Shown: one piece after another, positions 29,388 to 32,000 of the stretch
Layout of the letters: every line of letters begins with the position of its first letter
Position numbering within the stretch: position 1 is the stretch's first letter
DNA from: Candidatus Heimdallarchaeota archaeon
GTDB taxonomy: Archaea > Asgardarchaeota > Heimdallarchaeia > Heimdallarchaeales > Heimdallarchaeaceae
Length of the DNA stretch: 32,000 nt
Direction of reading: 5' to 3'
NCBI GenBank assembly: GCA_023705905.1
Contig: BPTK01000004.1
Span: forward strand, 1 to 32,000
Position numbers and translations under genes: made by a program
The notes under the pieces: generated by a model
Seen by the model: the letters and a program-made list of their open reading frames with translations, nothing else
Database searches by the model: none
Told to the model about the DNA's origin: nothing

Positions 29388-30398
29388 ATGGATATTTATG
29401 TCATAGACATTGAAACAACGGGTTTAGATGGTTGGCAGAAAAATCATGTTGTCGAAATATCAATCATGAAAGCTAATCTTTCAAAACAAAAGGTAGAACA
29501 AGTATATCATTCTCTCGTACACTACGATGTGGATAAGTGGGATGAAGAAACCAGAACAGCTTGGATTTTTAAGAAAGGCATCATTAAACTTGATGAAATT
29601 CAAAATGCAAAAAAAGATATCAAAACAGTTTCTGACGAAGTGAGGAAGATATTAACAGGTAAATTTGTTGCTGCATACAATAATGAATTTGATTTCAACA
29701 AATTCCTGTATCACGGTACTTGGAATATTAATCAAGAAACTTCTAAAACTAAAACTGCTCCCTGTATCATGCTAGCCACAACTGATTACATCAAAATACC
29801 TTCTAAACACCAGAAAAGAAAATTCGTGAGTTTATCTGAGGCTAAAAAACATCTTCTGAATGAGGATACTATTAGCATAAAAAGCAACAAGAAGCTTGAA
29901 AATATTGTTAGGGAATATGGAGTACATAGAGCAAATTGTGATGCATTCTACTCTGCTTGTATCCTATTAGAATTATACAGAAGAAAGAAATACAGAATAT
30001 ATCCCAAAATTTACTATGCTCACTCAATGCTAATATATAAATCTAAACAAGAAAGAAGAGAGATTAGAAGGATTAAAAGTATGTTTCCAAAAGCTGAGAT
30101 TATTAACCCAGCGAAGTTTGAAAGAAAATGGAAGAATCTTTCTGGAAAAGAAATTATGTCTAAATGTCTTGATCTGATAAGTAACAGTGATATGGTTATT
30201 TTCTCTGCAATTGAACAAAGTAGCAAAGATTTTGTTGGAAGAGGAGTATATGTAGAAGTTAAATTTGCACAGGAAATCAACAAGGATATTTACTTTCTAA
30301 AAGATACACTCGAAAGCGATTATTCACTTGAAATATACAATGATAATGATTGGACACTGCAATTTAGTATAGCAAAAATAAAAGAAAGAAAAGATTGA
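29388..30398 (+). CDS. DEDDh 3'-5' exonuclease (DnaQ-like) fused to a C-terminal nucleoside 2-deoxyribosyltransferase-like domain
   Basis: Exo I is VIDIETTGLD, Exo II is AAYNNEFDFNKFL and Exo III is HRANCDAFYSA. The C-terminal about 130 aa (IYYAHSM...AEIINP...LISNSDMVIFSAIE...GRGVYVEVKFAQEINKDIYFL) follows the spacing pattern of NDT/DUF4406-like Rossmann domains, as judged by eye. Confidence 0.6.
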   Translation: MDIYVIDIETTGLDGWQKNHVVEISIMKANLSKQKVEQVYHSLVHYDVDKWDEETRTAWIFKKGIIKLDEIQNAKKDIKTVSDEVRKILTGKFVAAYNNEFDFNKFLYHGTWNINQETSKTKTAPCIMLATTDYIKIPSKHQKRKFVSLSEAKKHLLNEDTISIKSNKKLENIVREYGVHRANCDAFYSACILLELYRRKKYRIYPKIYYAHSMLIYKSKQERREIRRIKSMFPKAEIINPAKFERKWKNLSGKEIMSKCLDLISNSDMVIFSAIEQSSKDFVGRGVYVEVKFAQEINKDIYFLKDTLESDYSLEIYNDNDWTLQFSIAKIKERKD

Positions 30399-30463
30399 AT
30401 TAGTTATTTTGGGATAAGAAATCGCTTCTTGAAAGTCCAATAGAGGAAAGCTCAAAATTTATT

Positions 30464-30805
30464 TTGGATAATGTCAAAGTTGTTGGTGTATTTAATCAAG
30501 TATTTTCCAACATTTTTACAGATACTGTAAAGTACTTACAAGAAAATCAACCATTTAATAAAGTAACTACAAATGAAGACAACATAATAGAATTTCACAT
30601 TAAGAAAAAGAAATCAAAAATGCCAACAAGTATGAATTTGTTGGTAAACGAAGAAGCAACGACTTTTGTTGATAGAAAACTTGATGAATTGTTTATTGAG
30701 TTAAATGAAAAATTTGGACCATATCCAGAGAAGATGATGGAGGATCAATCTGATCCCATTTATGTCCTTAATGCAAATATTTACCCATATTTCAAGGATG
30801 AATAG
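30464..30805 (+). CDS. Hypothetical protein (113 aa, TTG start in track)
   Basis: ORF only. The first in-frame ATG is well inside the ORF, so the start is uncertain. Confidence 0.3.
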   Translation: MDNVKVVGVFNQVFSNIFTDTVKYLQENQPFNKVTTNEDNIIEFHIKKKKSKMPTSMNLLVNEEATTFVDRKLDELFIELNEKFGPYPEKMMEDQSDPIYVLNANIYPYFKDE

Positions 30806-30847
30806 TGTTTAGCAAAAATAAAAAGAAAAAAAGGAGAACTGCTCCAG

Positions 30848-32000
30848 TTAAGTCTTAAGTTTTCTTAATCTGAAACTACCTTTTACAGTCATAATTGTGA
30901 TAGGGATTGCAATTACAATGAGGCTACCACCTATGACAAGGGGATAAAACAACCCAGGAGTTAGAAAGGCAGAAGGGTTTTCAACTATCTCTTGAAATTC
31001 CAGAAGGAGATTGTATGCCTCTTTCACTTTTTCAAGAGCTAGTTCATAATCCATACTATGATAAAGAACATAGGATTCTTCCAAGAATATAGGGACATTC
31101 TTGATGTATTTATTGGAACCAATAAGAGGGCCTACAACTTCGTAATCGCCCAATACATCATCATATTCATTTCTAGTTGTTATATAATAGTAATCAAAAT
31201 AAACTCGTGCAATAGAATCACTGTAGAAAGTACTGAATGTACTAACACCGCAGTAATAGTAAGCTATTTCGTTTAAAACTTCATCAATGTAAATGCTACC
31301 CAAACCATAGTAGGCATTATAATGTCCATATAGTCCTAATTGTTGTCCGATTCTTACCACAATTGTTCGCGATGCACCATACAGCGGTTCATTTACATTT
31401 CCTGATTCAAACAAGTCAAATTGATTTCTACTTAGTAGGATAAAATTTTCAAACCGGAGTTCAGTAACAGTGAATCCATTTGAAGCTAAAGAAGTATCAT
31501 CTAGTAGAAATAAATAATATGGTTGAATTTCATCTGTAGCATCCAAATCAAAATTAGTTTCTAGTTGAGATTCTAGAAGATCATATAATCCATTATCTAT
31601 ATCTACAATATTACCATAGTAATTTTCTTCTATGTTATTCTGAATATTGTTGTAGAGTTCAGGATTCTGATTGAGGTTTATGGTGGTAACATCAATTTGC
31701 CAATCAATCCAAGGAAAGGCTTCAACAAAAACAGATTCAATCCTTGATTCTGAAATGAACCAAGAAAAATCGACTGAATCATATTCTGAACTAGTTAAGT
31801 TGTTAAAAATGACAATTGGGACAGAATAACTATCACAAATTAGAGGTGTTTGGTGTGCTTTTGGAAAGAAAAGGTTATTCAAATAACTAAAAACCCATTC
31901 AGATAGATATCTAGCTAAGGACAATTTACCTGATTGAAGTGAAATATCAATAGTTTCAATAAAAGCATCAATATCATATTTATAATAGTAATAATCATCA
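30848..32000 (-). CDS. Surface or secreted protein with a C-terminal TM anchor, partial (open past the window end)
   Basis: The reading frame stays open upstream of the track start (31924, TTG) to nt 32000 (...DDYYYYKYDIDAFIETIDISLQSGKLSLARYL...). It is Tyr/Asn/Asp-rich and has a C-terminal TM helix plus basic tail (VIGGSLIVIAIPITIMTVKGSFRLRKLKT). Confidence 0.55.
   Translation of the reverse strand, partial: DDYYYYKYDIDAFIETIDISLQSGKLSLARYLSEWVFSYLNNLFFPKAHQTPLICDSYSVPIVIFNNLTSSEYDSVDFSWFISESRIESVFVEAFPWIDWQIDVTTINLNQNPELYNNIQNNIEENYYGNIVDIDNGLYDLLESQLETNFDLDATDEIQPYYLFLLDDTSLASNGFTVTELRFENFILLSRNQFDLFESGNVNEPLYGASRTIVVRIGQQLGLYGHYNAYYGLGSIYIDEVLNEIAYYYCGVSTFSTFYSDSIARVYFDYYYITTRNEYDDVLGDYEVVGPLIGSNKYIKNVPIFLEESYVLYHSMDYELALEKVKEAYNLLLEFQEIVENPSAFLTPGLFYPLVIGGSLIVIAIPITIMTVKGSFRLRKLKT

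Overview
AT-rich, probably archaeal chromosomal segment. Support for archaeal origin: TATA-like boxes about 25-30 nt upstream of RNA genes and first genes, Shine-Dalgarno (SD) sites mostly on internal operon genes, an RPA-like OB-fold plus winged-helix protein, and archaeal-looking 5S and tRNA sequences. Core content: gyrB-gyrA, with a LAGLIDADG intein in gyrA at the catalytic-Tyr site; a MiaB/MtaB-type methylthiotransferase; an OB-fold protein; a VIT1/CCC1 transporter; hypE-hypF; a six-gene complex I-like membrane-arm cluster in the order H-A-J-K-L-N; a Tag-like glycosylase; and purH. From about 24.7 kb onward the window looks accessory: methyltransferases, surface-anchored proteins, two DUF1684 paralogs around a tandem GNAT gene, and a DEDDh exonuclease fusion. 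The most unusual locus is 8.1-10.7 kb. (1) A complete 5S rRNA homolog is encoded in circularly permuted order, with helix I closed by a UUCG loop, new ends clamped by a 10-bp helix, and its own TATA-like box. (2) Next to it, a 662-aa TnpB/Cas12-like protein has a much enlarged N-terminal half and His in place of the third RuvC Asp. Its 3' end carries an omega-RNA-like scaffold (hairpins plus a 7-bp pseudoknot candidate). The putative guide position holds a copy of the first 14 nt of the adjacent tRNA-Ser(GCU) gene plus part of its upstream region. No CRISPR array was seen. All calls come from reading and translating the sequence by eye; no database search was run.
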